64,000 nt of DNA from an uncultured Clostridia bacterium (GCA_944384465.1 CALWTK010000030.1:1942-65941), one strand, 5' to 3'; shown: positions 1 to 8,775, numbered from the stretch's first letter. Notes: generated by a model not told the origin, from the sequence alone. Numbers and translations: made by a program.

Positions 1-1548
1 TTTTTTGTTCTCAATAGCGTTTGCTTCTTCTCTACATTGTTCAATATATCTCAAGAATGTAGCCCTATTGTCTTCTGGAGAGTTCTCTTCGTTACCGATA
101 GTCTCTTCGTCCAAATCTTTTGTGAAATATTCGCTACTTACACCTGTCAAGTTTGCATTCGTCATGGTAAGTCTTGGCAACTGTCCAGCGACAATGCTCC
201 ACGCTGAACTATCCCACATAACTTTATTTGTTTGACTGATAGCGTAGAATACATATTCCACGTCATAGTCAACCATATCGTTCACATTGCCGAATGATCT
301 AATCAAATATAATGAATTGTTTTCATCATAGAAATTGTTGCTAATTTGATCAAATATTGCTGTATCGTAACTGTTTATTACCTCATGCCCAGCAGCTACA
401 ACATAGTTACCTATAAAGTAAGTCAATGGATTAACGTTATCTAAGATAAACGAACTATCCGTCTCAAATGCCCCTACCAAAGCACCAAAGTCTGTATATT
501 CGCTTGTAGATATTGAATAAGACTCTTGAATTGTGCCGTAATTGTTGTTAACTACCATTCTTCCCACAAATCCACCAGCATTACCAGTAGCATTCAACAT
601 TACGATATTGGCATCAGCATAAGTCGCTTGTGCTTTAGCTAAATTCATCTCGCCTAGCAAGCCACCGACTGTTGCATTGACATTTACAGGGTCATCACTG
701 GTAGCACCAATAGTTATTGTAGAGTTATCAACATAACTGATTGTCACTCTTGAATTTGGACCAGTAAGAGCACCTACAAGTCCACCAGTCACACTGTTGT
801 TTCTTGTATTTGTGATGTTGGCATTTGTTACTCTAACTCTACTAATTTCACCGTTAGCTGCCCCTGCCAACACGCCAGCATAATCATAGCCGCCAGAAAT
901 GACAGCTCCGCTGATGTTGATATTGCTCACTTTTGCGCCATTGTTCAAAGAATAGAATAACCCAGCATTTGCATAATCTGTCCCTTGTAAATTCAAGCCA
1001 TAGATCGTGTAGCCTTGTCCATCAAAGCTCCCACCAAAGCCAACCCAAAGTTCAGACGTAGCATTGTAACCAATTGGAGCAAAACTGTTTGTCAATGTGA
1101 TATCGTTCATCAGCATATAACTAGCATCCAATTCGTAGGTAACGCCAATTTTTTCCAAATCAGCTTGATTATCTATGTAATAAGGGTTCTCTTCACTACC
1201 GTCACCAATATGAACATTGATCTTGAATTCTGGACTCCTTTCATTTGTTGTAGTGATAAGAAGCGTAACTTCTCCACCTTGTAATGCAACATAATAATTT
1301 TTATCCGCATCAAAGTTGATGTATTGAGTTACTTCTTCACCACCTGCATTATAGTCTATTGTAGTGTTGTTACTAGGTTTTTTGATTGTATACCCTAGGT
1401 CATCAACAGTGATGACATCGCCAACATTACAATATATTTCTCTAGTACTGAAATTAATTACTTCATCATTGCGCAAAAAATAATATGTAGTCATACCAAG
1501 ACAAACTACAACTATTATCGCTACTAAGACAACTAAAAACTTTTTCAT
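1..1548 (-). CDS. Surface protein, N-terminal 516 aa only (3' end lies beyond the window): TM/signal anchor, Ig-like segment, GLUG-motif beta-helix repeats
   Basis: My own translation of the minus strand from the ATG at 1548 (SD GGGAAGGG upstream) stays open to position 1. It reads MKKFLVVLVAIIVVVCLGMTTYYF..., then ENPYYIDNQADLEKIG...FGGSFDGQGYTIYGLNL, with repeated GGLVG/GGLLG/GGFVG motifs like the other giant proteins here. It is missing from the ORF track because it has no stop codon inside the window. Confidence 0.8.
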   Translation of the reverse strand, partial: MKKFLVVLVAIIVVVCLGMTTYYFLRNDEVINFSTREIYCNVGDVITVDDLGYTIKKPSNNTTIDYNAGGEEVTQYINFDADKNYYVALQGGEVTLLITTTNERSPEFKINVHIGDGSEENPYYIDNQADLEKIGVTYELDASYMLMNDITLTNSFAPIGYNATSELWVGFGGSFDGQGYTIYGLNLQGTDYANAGLFYSLNNGAKVSNINISGAVISGGYDYAGVLAGAANGEISRVRVTNANITNTRNNSVTGGLVGALTGPNSRVTISYVDNSTITIGATSDDPVNVNATVGGLLGEMNLAKAQATYADANIVMLNATGNAGGFVGRMVVNNNYGTIQESYSISTSEYTDFGALVGAFETDSSFILDNVNPLTYFIGNYVVAAGHEVINSYDTAIFDQISNNFYDENNSLYLIRSFGNVNDMVDYDVEYVFYAISQTNKVMWDSSAWSIVAGQLPRLTMTNANLTGVSSEYFTKDLDEETIGNEENSPEDNRATFLRYIEQCREEANAIENKK

Positions 1549-1581
1549 ACACCCTTCCCTGAATTAAAATTTGTTATGATT

Positions 1582-1609
1582 ATTATACCCCAATTCTAAT
1601 ATTTGTCAA
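1582..1609 (-). promoter_or_regulatory. Sigma-70-type promoter for the truncated surface-protein gene
   Basis: Minus strand reads TTGACA (1604-1609), a 16-nt spacer, then TATAAT (1582-1587), about 35 nt upstream of the ATG at 1548. Confidence 0.55.
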
Positions 1610-2341
1610 TACCAATTTCTAAATTTTATTAGTACTAATATTTATACTATCTGTGGATGGATTTAAATTAAAATTATAATACGATTGTCTTATATGTTTG
1701 TGCAATATATTTATTACGACAACATGAACGAGTTTGACTATTCACATAACTGGTATCTTATATGGCACGCATTTAATATTGACAACAGCTTCCCTTCTTA
1801 CTCTAACTTTTTTTATTTAGTTTATAATTAAATATGAAACAAAATTTATAAAAAATTTTTAAAATACACAAAAATATGAAAAGTTTTTATTGATTTTACA
1901 TTCAATATGGTAAAAATTTTTAAATTTTGAATGTTTAATCGTGCAAAATTTTATAATACATTCAACATATTTATATTATCAGTATATATAATAGATCAGT
2001 ATATAATAGGTTATAATATATTATATCAAAGGTCAAAACATATGGTTCAGCATCTTGGAAGCCTTGTCCACTGCCTATACTTTGAGTAGCCAACTGGATA
2101 TTGTAGCTCAGACTTGCGCTCACACTTTTTATGGCATAATCAGCAAATATTGCGTGAACAGAGATATGCTTTTTACACTGTCATATTCCAATAGCATAAT
2201 CAGTATATATCCGCTATACTTACTTTAACACCGAATTCACCACATCCAACACAACTGCAAAGCAAAAGTTTTTGAAATTAAAACAAATACCTTATCTAAA
2301 ATAAATTTGCAATATTATTCAATTTGATGTATTATTGATTT

Positions 2342-4555
2342 ATGAAAATTACTGGGAATGTAGAAAACATAGTCTTTAGAAATGAAATTAACGGTTATTC
2401 TGTAGTCAATATCTCACACAACAACAAGCGGTTGACTGTCGTAGGCAACCTACCCGAAGTCTATGAAGGTCAGACCCTAGAGTTGGACGGAGAATTCATT
2501 GTAAACAAAAAATTTGGTGAACAATTCAAAGTAGACGATGTGAAAATCATTGAACCGACATCCCTGCCAGCGATTGAAAAATATTTGGCAAGTGGCTTGA
2601 TATATGGAATAGGTCCTGTCACAGCAAAAAAAATTGTAGATGAGTTCAAAGAAGACACCTTGACAGTGCTCGAATTTAATCCTATGAAACTCAGTAAAAT
2701 TCGTGGCATCAGTAAACAAAAGGCAGCTGAAATCTCTAACGCCTACAATGAAATGAAAGGAATGCAAAATGTCATTATTTTTTTGCAATCTCATTTCATC
2801 AGCACGAATATGGCTATCAAAATATACAACGTCTACAAGGACAAAACTATTGAAATTATAAAAAATAATCCATATCAACTAATAGAAGATGTGGATGGTA
2901 TAGGATTTAGCACTGCAGACAAGATTGCTGTGAAATTAGGCATAGACCTTTATGGCGAAAACAGAATAAAAGCGGGACTAGTATACACGCTGAAAACGGC
3001 TAGCGAACGAGAAGGTCACACCTATCTTCCAAAAGACAATTTGATAAATAATTGCATAGAAATTTTGAATTTTAGCGAAAATGAACGCAATTTGATAGAA
3101 AAATGTATAGAATATTTGCAAATTGAAGGTATGGTAAAAAATTTTTCATACCATGGTGAAGATATCTCCTGCCTAACAAAATTCTATTTCCAAGAAAAAT
3201 ATATCGCTAGAAAATTGTACAAATTGTCTTACAATGAATTTGAAGAGAAAATCAATTTCATCGATAGCATTAATCTGTATCAACGCTTGCACAACATACA
3301 ATTGAACGGCGAGCAGACTGATGCCGTCATGTATAGTCTGACAAAAGGTGTCTCAGTCATTACTGGCGGACCAGGTACTGGTAAAACGACGATCGTCAAA
3401 TGCATACTAGAGATGTTCAAACAACAAAATAAAAAAGTATTGCTATGCGCCCCTACCGGAAGAGCTGCGAAGAGACTCACTGAGACCAGCGGAATGGAAG
3501 CAAAGACTATCCACAGAGCACTGGAGATGAACCCTAGCGAAAACGAAGGCTTTTTCCATAGGAACGAAAATAATCCACTAGATGCAGATGTAGTGATAAT
3601 TGACGAAATGAGCATGGTAGATGTCGCACTATTTTGTCATCTACTGAAAGCGCTCCGCTCTACTACGCGTTTAATTATGGTGGGCGACAAAGATCAACTG
3701 CCAAGCGTAGGAGCAGGTAACGTATTGCGTGATATAATTGAGTCAGGAAAGCTACACACGACTCAATTGATCAATATTTATAGGCAAGGGAATGACAGTC
3801 TCATCATCACCAACGCCCATTTGATAAATAATGGTAAAATGCCAATCATTGACAACACTAGCAAAGACTTTTTCTACGAACAAGGAAAAGATTTAGAGAC
3901 AAATAGTGAAACAATCATAGACCTTGTTACGACCAGACTTCCAAATTATTTTGGCTATCGTCCGCAAGATATTCAAGTGCTCGCTCCAATGAAGGCTGGC
4001 TCATGCGGAATCGACAATCTAAACAAGCGCTTGCAGATGACGATCAATCCCTATTTTTCGGGAATTGAATTGTCTACAGAATTTACAAAATATCATGTAG
4101 GCGATAAAATTATGCAAATAATCAACAACTATGAAATGAACTATGTAAAATACGAAAAGAATGGAATGACTCAAGAAGGCAGTGGCATTTACAATGGTGA
4201 CATAGGTTATATAACAAACATTGAGCCAAACTCTCATCAAGTGACTGTAAAATTTGATGATGGGAAAATTTGTAAATATGAAAAAACTGACCTGTACCAA
4301 ATCACCCTCGCCTACGCAATCACTATACACAAAAGCCAAGGCAGTGAATTTGATTGTGTCGTCATACCATTGGTGCCAGGTGCTCCAATCATCATCACCA
4401 GAAATCTGTTGTACACCGCCATCACCCGCGCAAAAAAGACGGTCGTCCTTGTGGGAAGCAAACAAATTTTAGCGAGAATGATACACAACAATTACACAGC
4501 AAAAAGATTTACTCTATTAAAAGATTTTTTGAGCGAAGAATATAAAAACGATTAA
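2342..4555 (+). CDS. recD2: RecD2-type ATP-dependent 5'-3' DNA helicase
   Basis: 737-aa ORF. The N-terminal region is typical of RecD2 (MKITGNVENIVFRNEINGYSV..., HhH-like GIGPVTAKKIV). It has Walker A GGPGTGKTT, Walker B VIIDEMSMVD, VGDKDQLPSVGAGNVL, and the C-terminal motifs TIHKSQGSEFDCVV and ITRAKK. Confidence 0.92.
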   Translation: MKITGNVENIVFRNEINGYSVVNISHNNKRLTVVGNLPEVYEGQTLELDGEFIVNKKFGEQFKVDDVKIIEPTSLPAIEKYLASGLIYGIGPVTAKKIVDEFKEDTLTVLEFNPMKLSKIRGISKQKAAEISNAYNEMKGMQNVIIFLQSHFISTNMAIKIYNVYKDKTIEIIKNNPYQLIEDVDGIGFSTADKIAVKLGIDLYGENRIKAGLVYTLKTASEREGHTYLPKDNLINNCIEILNFSENERNLIEKCIEYLQIEGMVKNFSYHGEDISCLTKFYFQEKYIARKLYKLSYNEFEEKINFIDSINLYQRLHNIQLNGEQTDAVMYSLTKGVSVITGGPGTGKTTIVKCILEMFKQQNKKVLLCAPTGRAAKRLTETSGMEAKTIHRALEMNPSENEGFFHRNENNPLDADVVIIDEMSMVDVALFCHLLKALRSTTRLIMVGDKDQLPSVGAGNVLRDIIESGKLHTTQLINIYRQGNDSLIITNAHLINNGKMPIIDNTSKDFFYEQGKDLETNSETIIDLVTTRLPNYFGYRPQDIQVLAPMKAGSCGIDNLNKRLQMTINPYFSGIELSTEFTKYHVGDKIMQIINNYEMNYVKYEKNGMTQEGSGIYNGDIGYITNIEPNSHQVTVKFDDGKICKYEKTDLYQITLAYAITIHKSQGSEFDCVVIPLVPGAPIIITRNLLYTAITRAKKTVVLVGSKQILARMIHNNYTAKRFTLLKDFLSEEYKND

Positions 4556-4648
4556 TTTTTATTAATTTAATTAAAATAATGATAAATATATTAATTTAAA
4601 TAAAAAATTAATGAAAAAATAAGGTTTGTAAACCTTGAAACTAGCAAA

Positions 4649-4690
4649 AAAGATAGTGAGAATTTAATTTCATCACTATCTTTCTATATT
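4649..4690 (+). terminator. Intrinsic terminator-like hairpin downstream of recD2
   Basis: 11-bp stem AAAGATAGTGA (4649-4659) pairs with TCACTATCTTT (4673-4683), followed by a T-rich tail. Confidence 0.5.
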
Positions 4691-4747
4691 AGTTTGAAAA
4701 ATACTGGACTAAGGCAAAAAGATTTTGAAACTAGCAGAATAAACAGG

Positions 4748-4790
4748 AAAAAGAGTTCTACTTTTTAGCAGCAAAACTCTTTTTTAGTTT
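4748..4790 (+). terminator. Second intrinsic terminator-like hairpin
   Basis: AAAAAGAGTT (4748-4757) pairs with AACTCTTTTT (4775-4784). The T-run continues as TTTTTAGTTTT. Confidence 0.5.
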
Positions 4791-4817
4791 TAACAATCTC
4801 AAAAAAATAGATTCTTA

Positions 4818-4846
4818 TTGACTATTGCAACAAAAATTGATATTCT
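4818..4846 (+). promoter_or_regulatory. Sigma-70-type promoter of the small-protein/LRR cassette
   Basis: TTGACT (4818-4823), a 17-nt spacer ending in TGA (extended -10), then TATTCT (4841-4846). The SD AAGGAGA at 4854-4860 precedes the ATG at 4866. Confidence 0.55.
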
Positions 4847-4865
4847 ATTGACAAAGGAGAAAATT

Positions 4866-5156
4866 ATGGATTCATCTTTAAAAATAATGCAAATAAATAA
4901 ATTTAATGAATATATTTTACAGGATGTCAAAACAAAAAGAACACATCGGCTTATTTTAGAATTTTATGGAATCAATCCAAAAGTTGGAGATATAATTTTG
5001 TTAAACGAAGAGTTGTTAGACCCTAAAAGTGACTTATACATTCAGTCGTATGCATTTGAAAAGTTTAATGAAATTGAAAATAATTTGGATAAAGCAGATC
5101 TTGCTGGTCTTATCACAAAGGATAAAAAATATGTTTTAAAAAGGATATATGGTTAA
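4866..5156 (+). CDS. Hypothetical 96-aa cytoplasmic protein, first gene of the LRR cassette
   Basis: The ATG at 4866 has a good SD. The longer TTG-initiated ORF in the track (4818) begins inside the -35 box. I see no TM segment and recognise no motif. Its 3' end overlaps the next ORF by 8 nt. Confidence 0.6.
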   Translation: MDSSLKIMQINKFNEYILQDVKTKRTHRLILEFYGINPKVGDIILLNEELLDPKSDLYIQSYAFEKFNEIENNLDKADLAGLITKDKKYVLKRIYG

Positions 5157-6873
5157 TATGGAAAATAAAGATTTAAAGTGGATAAAAAAACATTATGGAG
5201 AAAAGTTTTCTCATCTATGCCGAAATCTATTTCCAACTATTCTGGAAACTGAAGGGTTGTTGACTAAATTGGTAAGTGAGCACTTCCCACCCAGCCGAGA
5301 ACTATATGATGATTTAACTCAAAATAGTCTTGCTAATCCTTTTAAAAATTATGTGTTCAGTTTGACAGAAACTGAGGATAATAAGAAAAAAGTCAACCTG
5401 ACACCTGAAGAACTTTTGGACAAGGCAGGCTACATTCTCTATCCAGAATGCCAAACAGAACAAGATATTCAAAATTTTAGACATTATTATCATCGAGGTT
5501 CACCTACTCCAGTGTATCAAGGTGGGAGTCCTGCAGGATATAAAGGAGAAGAACTTTGCACCTTTAATGGTGGCAGGTTGAGAACCGACCGAGTGTGGTT
5601 TGCTGTCAAAAAGGATGCTGACAAAATTAAAAGAAAAAATTTTAAAAATCCAAGAAGAGAAGATGACTATGGCGTAAGCGTTTTAAGCATACAGTTTTCG
5701 CGTTCTGAACCAAGTATTCTTTCAATTAAAAATAGATATAACCATACAGTTGCCAACCCTGACGCAACTTTCAGCAACAACCTTGACAATATAATCCCAG
5801 GACTCACTCAAGCCTTTGTGGATCATTATAGCATAAATCTTGCCAACAAAAATTCAAAATCTTTTGAAATTCCAGGATATATTCAGGCAAGAGATGGCAA
5901 GTTTTACAAATATAACCTTGAAATCAACAATGTGTATTATTGTCCAAACAACACCATAATTCGAAATGGTGAAGTTAAACAATTTGATATAAATAAGGCT
6001 ATTGTTTTTGATTATTTTATCCTTGATTTAGAAAAAAAAGAAATAATAGATTATAATAAGCTTGTGATGAGAAATGGTATTCCTGATGATTATTTCCCAA
6101 AAAGTGTTGGAAAAATTAAGGATATAAAACGCATAACAAGTGCGGAGGGCTTAAAAATTCAAATCACTCCAGAAAAGGGAAACACAGTTGAAATACAACT
6201 TAATAAGCATAACGAAATAGTTGGCTATACAAATCCTAATGCTACACAGATTGGAGATGATTTCTTGTCCTGCAATGAGTCTCTTACAAGCATAAATCTT
6301 CCTAATGCTACACAGATTGGAAATTCTTTCTTGTTCAAAAATAGATCTCTTACAAGCATAAATCTTCCTAATGTCACACAGATTGGAGATTATTTCTTGG
6401 GAGACAATGAATCTATTACAAGCATAAATCTTCCTAATGTCACACAGATTGGAGATTATTTCTTGGGATACAATGAATCTATTACAAGCATAAATCTTCC
6501 TAACGCTACACAGATTGGAGATGATTTCTTGTGCGACAATGAATCTCTTACAAGCATAAATCTTCCTAATGCTACACAGATTGGAGATGATTTCTTGTAC
6601 TTCAATAGATCTCTTACAAACATAAATCTTCCTAACGCTACACAGATTGGAAATAATTTCTTGTACTTCAATAGATCTCTTACAAGCATAAATCTTCCTA
6701 ATGTCACACAGATTGGAGATGATTTCTTGTACTTCAATAGATCTCTTACTAACATAAATCTTCCTAACGCTACACAGATTGGAAATAATTTCTTGCGCGA
6801 CAATAAATTAATATCAGAAGTTGAAACTGCAAATGGTGTAAAAGTTTTAAATGAAAGTGGTAAAGAATTATAA
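5149..6873 (+). CDS. Signal-less protein: unknown ~360-aa N-terminal domain plus nine 22-aa BspA/LRR_5-like leucine-rich repeats
   Basis: 574-aa ORF with no N-terminal hydrophobic stretch (MVNMENKDLKWIKKHYGEKF...). The C-terminal third is nine copies of NLPNATQIGDDFLYFNRSLTSI-type units. An alternative start is the ATG at 5158. Confidence 0.8.
   Translation: MVNMENKDLKWIKKHYGEKFSHLCRNLFPTILETEGLLTKLVSEHFPPSRELYDDLTQNSLANPFKNYVFSLTETEDNKKKVNLTPEELLDKAGYILYPECQTEQDIQNFRHYYHRGSPTPVYQGGSPAGYKGEELCTFNGGRLRTDRVWFAVKKDADKIKRKNFKNPRREDDYGVSVLSIQFSRSEPSILSIKNRYNHTVANPDATFSNNLDNIIPGLTQAFVDHYSINLANKNSKSFEIPGYIQARDGKFYKYNLEINNVYYCPNNTIIRNGEVKQFDINKAIVFDYFILDLEKKEIIDYNKLVMRNGIPDDYFPKSVGKIKDIKRITSAEGLKIQITPEKGNTVEIQLNKHNEIVGYTNPNATQIGDDFLSCNESLTSINLPNATQIGNSFLFKNRSLTSINLPNVTQIGDYFLGDNESITSINLPNVTQIGDYFLGYNESITSINLPNATQIGDDFLCDNESLTSINLPNATQIGDDFLYFNRSLTNINLPNATQIGNNFLYFNRSLTSINLPNVTQIGDDFLYFNRSLTNINLPNATQIGNNFLRDNKLISEVETANGVKVLNESGKEL
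6232..6825 (+). repeat. Nine in-frame tandem 66-bp repeats encoding the LRR units
   Basis: The period is exactly 66 nt. Units 6358-6423 and 6424-6489 differ at one base (6403 G versus 6469 T). The repeats also generate the spurious antisense ORF 6456..6803. Confidence 0.95.
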
Positions 6874-6980
6874 TAAGCCTTTTTGTTGCAAAAATCAACG
6901 AAATGATATTAATAATACAAAAAATACAATATCTTAATAAATTTTCTATATTTAACACAATTGAATGCTAAGTGATAATA

Positions 6981-7016
6981 AAAAATCTAAGCCGTTTTGG
7001 TTTAGATTTTTAATGT
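6981..7016 (+). terminator. Intrinsic terminator after the LRR gene
   Basis: AAAAATCTAAGCC pairs with GGTTTAGATTTTT (one G-U pair, loop GTTTT), followed by TTTTTAATGTTT. Confidence 0.6.
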
Positions 7017-7161
7017 TTCAAAATTGCTTGACTAAAAAACAATAATTTTTATAATTTTATAATTAATTTATTATTTTTTAATACAATTTTTATTTTAATT
7101 CCACTAATGTCTGCATGTTGTTATCTATATAATTGAATATTGAATTGTCATGAACTAAATC

Positions 7162-7308
7162 CTAAACAATTTTTCTTTCTTCCTTTGGAATATTTACTTC
7201 AATTTCGTCTCCTTGTTTATCAAAATAAACAAAATATGAACCACAAATTAAATAAAATTCTTTATCTTTAGATTTTTTTATTAATTCAATAATTTTTTCT
7301 TTATTCAT
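7162..7308 (-). CDS. Hypothetical 48-aa protein downstream of comFC
   Basis: Hand translation gives MNKEKIIELIKKSKDKEFYLICGSYFVYFDKQGDEIEVNIPKEERKIV*. An SD (GTGGAGAA) lies upstream of the ATG at 7308, 26 nt after the comFC stop. The ORF is below the ORF-track size cutoff. Confidence 0.35.
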   Translation of the reverse strand: MNKEKIIELIKKSKDKEFYLICGSYFVYFDKQGDEIEVNIPKEERKIV

Positions 7309-7334
7309 TATTTTCTCCACAAATGATTATATTT

Positions 7335-8138
7335 TTAATTATTCTTTAGCGTTTTTTCTTTTTTATCTTTATCATATTCTAATTTATTATCTCCTAAACC
7401 ATGAGCAAGAGTCAATACGTAGATTTCTTTAGCTTTGGCATGCTTTAGAATTCTACTCACTTCGCTACTGGTCGAACCAGTTGTATACACATCATCAATC
7501 AATAAGATTGTTTTATCTTTTATGATTGATCTATATTTTGTATCAAATTCATATACATCTTTTACATTTTGTTTTCTCTTCTTTAAATCTAATTCTGTTT
7601 GACTCACGTTATCTTTCACCTTTACACACAAGTCATAATATGGAATAGAAAACTTTTTGGCAATCAATTTCGCCATCAATTTTGATTGATTGTATCCCCT
7701 AGATTTTTCTTTTGCTTTATACAAAGGTACAGCTGTTACAATGTCTGGCGCTATATCCCATGTGGAAAAATAGTCACACAAGAAATCGCCCAAAGGTTCA
7801 TACAAAAACTTCATACCACCATATTTATATTTGTGAACCACTTTGACTATCATTTCGTCATAGGCAAACACACTTCGCGCCAAACTGAAATCGAAATTAT
7901 TTTCTTTACAATTCAAACAGACTCCATCATTATTATCTCTGATCGGTGCACCACATCGTTTACATACATGATGCAAAAACGGAAGCTCGTTAAAACATTT
8001 TTCACAAGTATCATTTATAGATTTTTCATTCAACTCTTCCCCACAAAAAATACATTTTATATGCCTAGGATATAGTACATCTAAAAGCTTTTCTTTCCAC
8101 TCATCCCACTTTTGTTTTGTTTCAATTTTCATAATCAA
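7335..8138 (-). CDS. comFC: ComF family protein (ComFC-like phosphoribosyltransferase-fold competence protein)
   Basis: The N-terminus has four Cys pairs (CIFCGE, CEKCFNEL, CKRCGAPI, CLNC). The PRTase PRPP-binding motif ILLIDDVYTTGST lies near the C-terminus. Confidence 0.88.
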   Translation of the reverse strand: MIMKIETKQKWDEWKEKLLDVLYPRHIKCIFCGEELNEKSINDTCEKCFNELPFLHHVCKRCGAPIRDNNDGVCLNCKENNFDFSLARSVFAYDEMIVKVVHKYKYGGMKFLYEPLGDFLCDYFSTWDIAPDIVTAVPLYKAKEKSRGYNQSKLMAKLIAKKFSIPYYDLCVKVKDNVSQTELDLKKRKQNVKDVYEFDTKYRSIIKDKTILLIDDVYTTGSTSSEVSRILKHAKAKEIYVLTLAHGLGDNKLEYDKDKKEKTLKNN

Positions 8139-8324
8139 ACCTTATGTAATTTAAGTACACCCCACAATTTTTAATATTATCTTATAATAAATTTAAAGTC
8201 TTAAAAATCCCAATACAAACTTTAGCAATCAAAAAACATTCGCCCTAAAATATGTTCTTATTTGCATCAACAATATTAAAAATTTAATAAAATAATACAA
8301 AAAAACATCAATATATGTCAATTG

Positions 8325-8354
8325 AATAAAAAAAGACACATCAAAGTGTCTTTT
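8325..8354 (-). terminator. Intrinsic terminator after rplL
   Basis: Minus strand: AAAGACAC pairs with GTGTCTTT (6-nt loop), followed by a T7 run. Confidence 0.7.
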
Positions 8355-8366
8355 TAGCATAAAGAA

Positions 8367-8738
8367 TTATTTAAGTTCAACAGTAGCGCCTGCATCTTGC
8401 AATGCCTTCTCAAGAGCTTTTGCTTCTTCAGTAGGGACATTTTCTTTTACAGTAGCAGGAGCACTTTCTACCAAGTTTTTAGCTTCCATCAAGCCCAAAC
8501 CTGTAGCTTCACGTACTGCTTTGATGACAGCAATTTTATTTGCACCAACTTCTTTAAGTACAACATTGAATTCTGTCTTTTCTTCAGCTGCTGGAGCAGC
8601 CTCTCCGGCAACTGCTGGACCAGCTACAACTGCTGCAGCGGCACTCACGCCAAATTCTTCTTCCAATGCCTTAACTAATTCATTAAGTTCAACAGCTGTT
8701 TTAGTTTTAATTTCTTCAACGATTTCTTGAATTGTCAT
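8367..8738 (-). CDS. rplL: 50S ribosomal protein L7/L12
   Basis: 123 aa. It has an Ala/Pro-rich hinge ([22 protein letters not shown]) and the C-terminal domain [24 protein letters not shown]. Confidence 0.97.
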   Translation of the reverse strand: MTIQEIVEEIKTKTAVELNELVKALEEEFGVSAAAAVVAGPAVAGEAAPAAEEKTEFNVVLKEVGANKIAVIKAVREATGLGLMEAKNLVESAPATVKENVPTEEAKALEKALQDAGATVELK

Positions 8739-8775
8739 AATAAACTCCTTTTAATTTTAATGATCAATAGTCTTT

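Noticed and set aside
5-1284. Plus-strand ORFs 5..235 and 1015..1284 from the track
   Set aside because: Both lie antisense within the open minus-strand reading frame 1..1548, which has a promoter, an SD, a signal anchor and GLUG repeats.
4818-4865. TTG-initiated N-terminal extension of the small ORF (track gives 4818..5156)
   Set aside because: The TTG is the first base of a TTGACT -35 hexamer with a properly spaced TATTCT -10. The ATG at 4866 has an AAGGAGA SD.
6456-6803. 115-aa antisense ORF in the supplied track
   Set aside because: It is an artefact of the tandem repeats. Its sequence is itself a periodic repeat (…SSPICVALGRFMLVRD…), and it has no SD.
6232-6825. Regular 66-bp repeat array that could superficially be mistaken for a CRISPR array
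   Set aside because: The units are contiguous with no unique spacers. They are in frame inside a 574-aa ORF and translate to a coherent 22-aa LRR consensus. No cas genes or leader are present.
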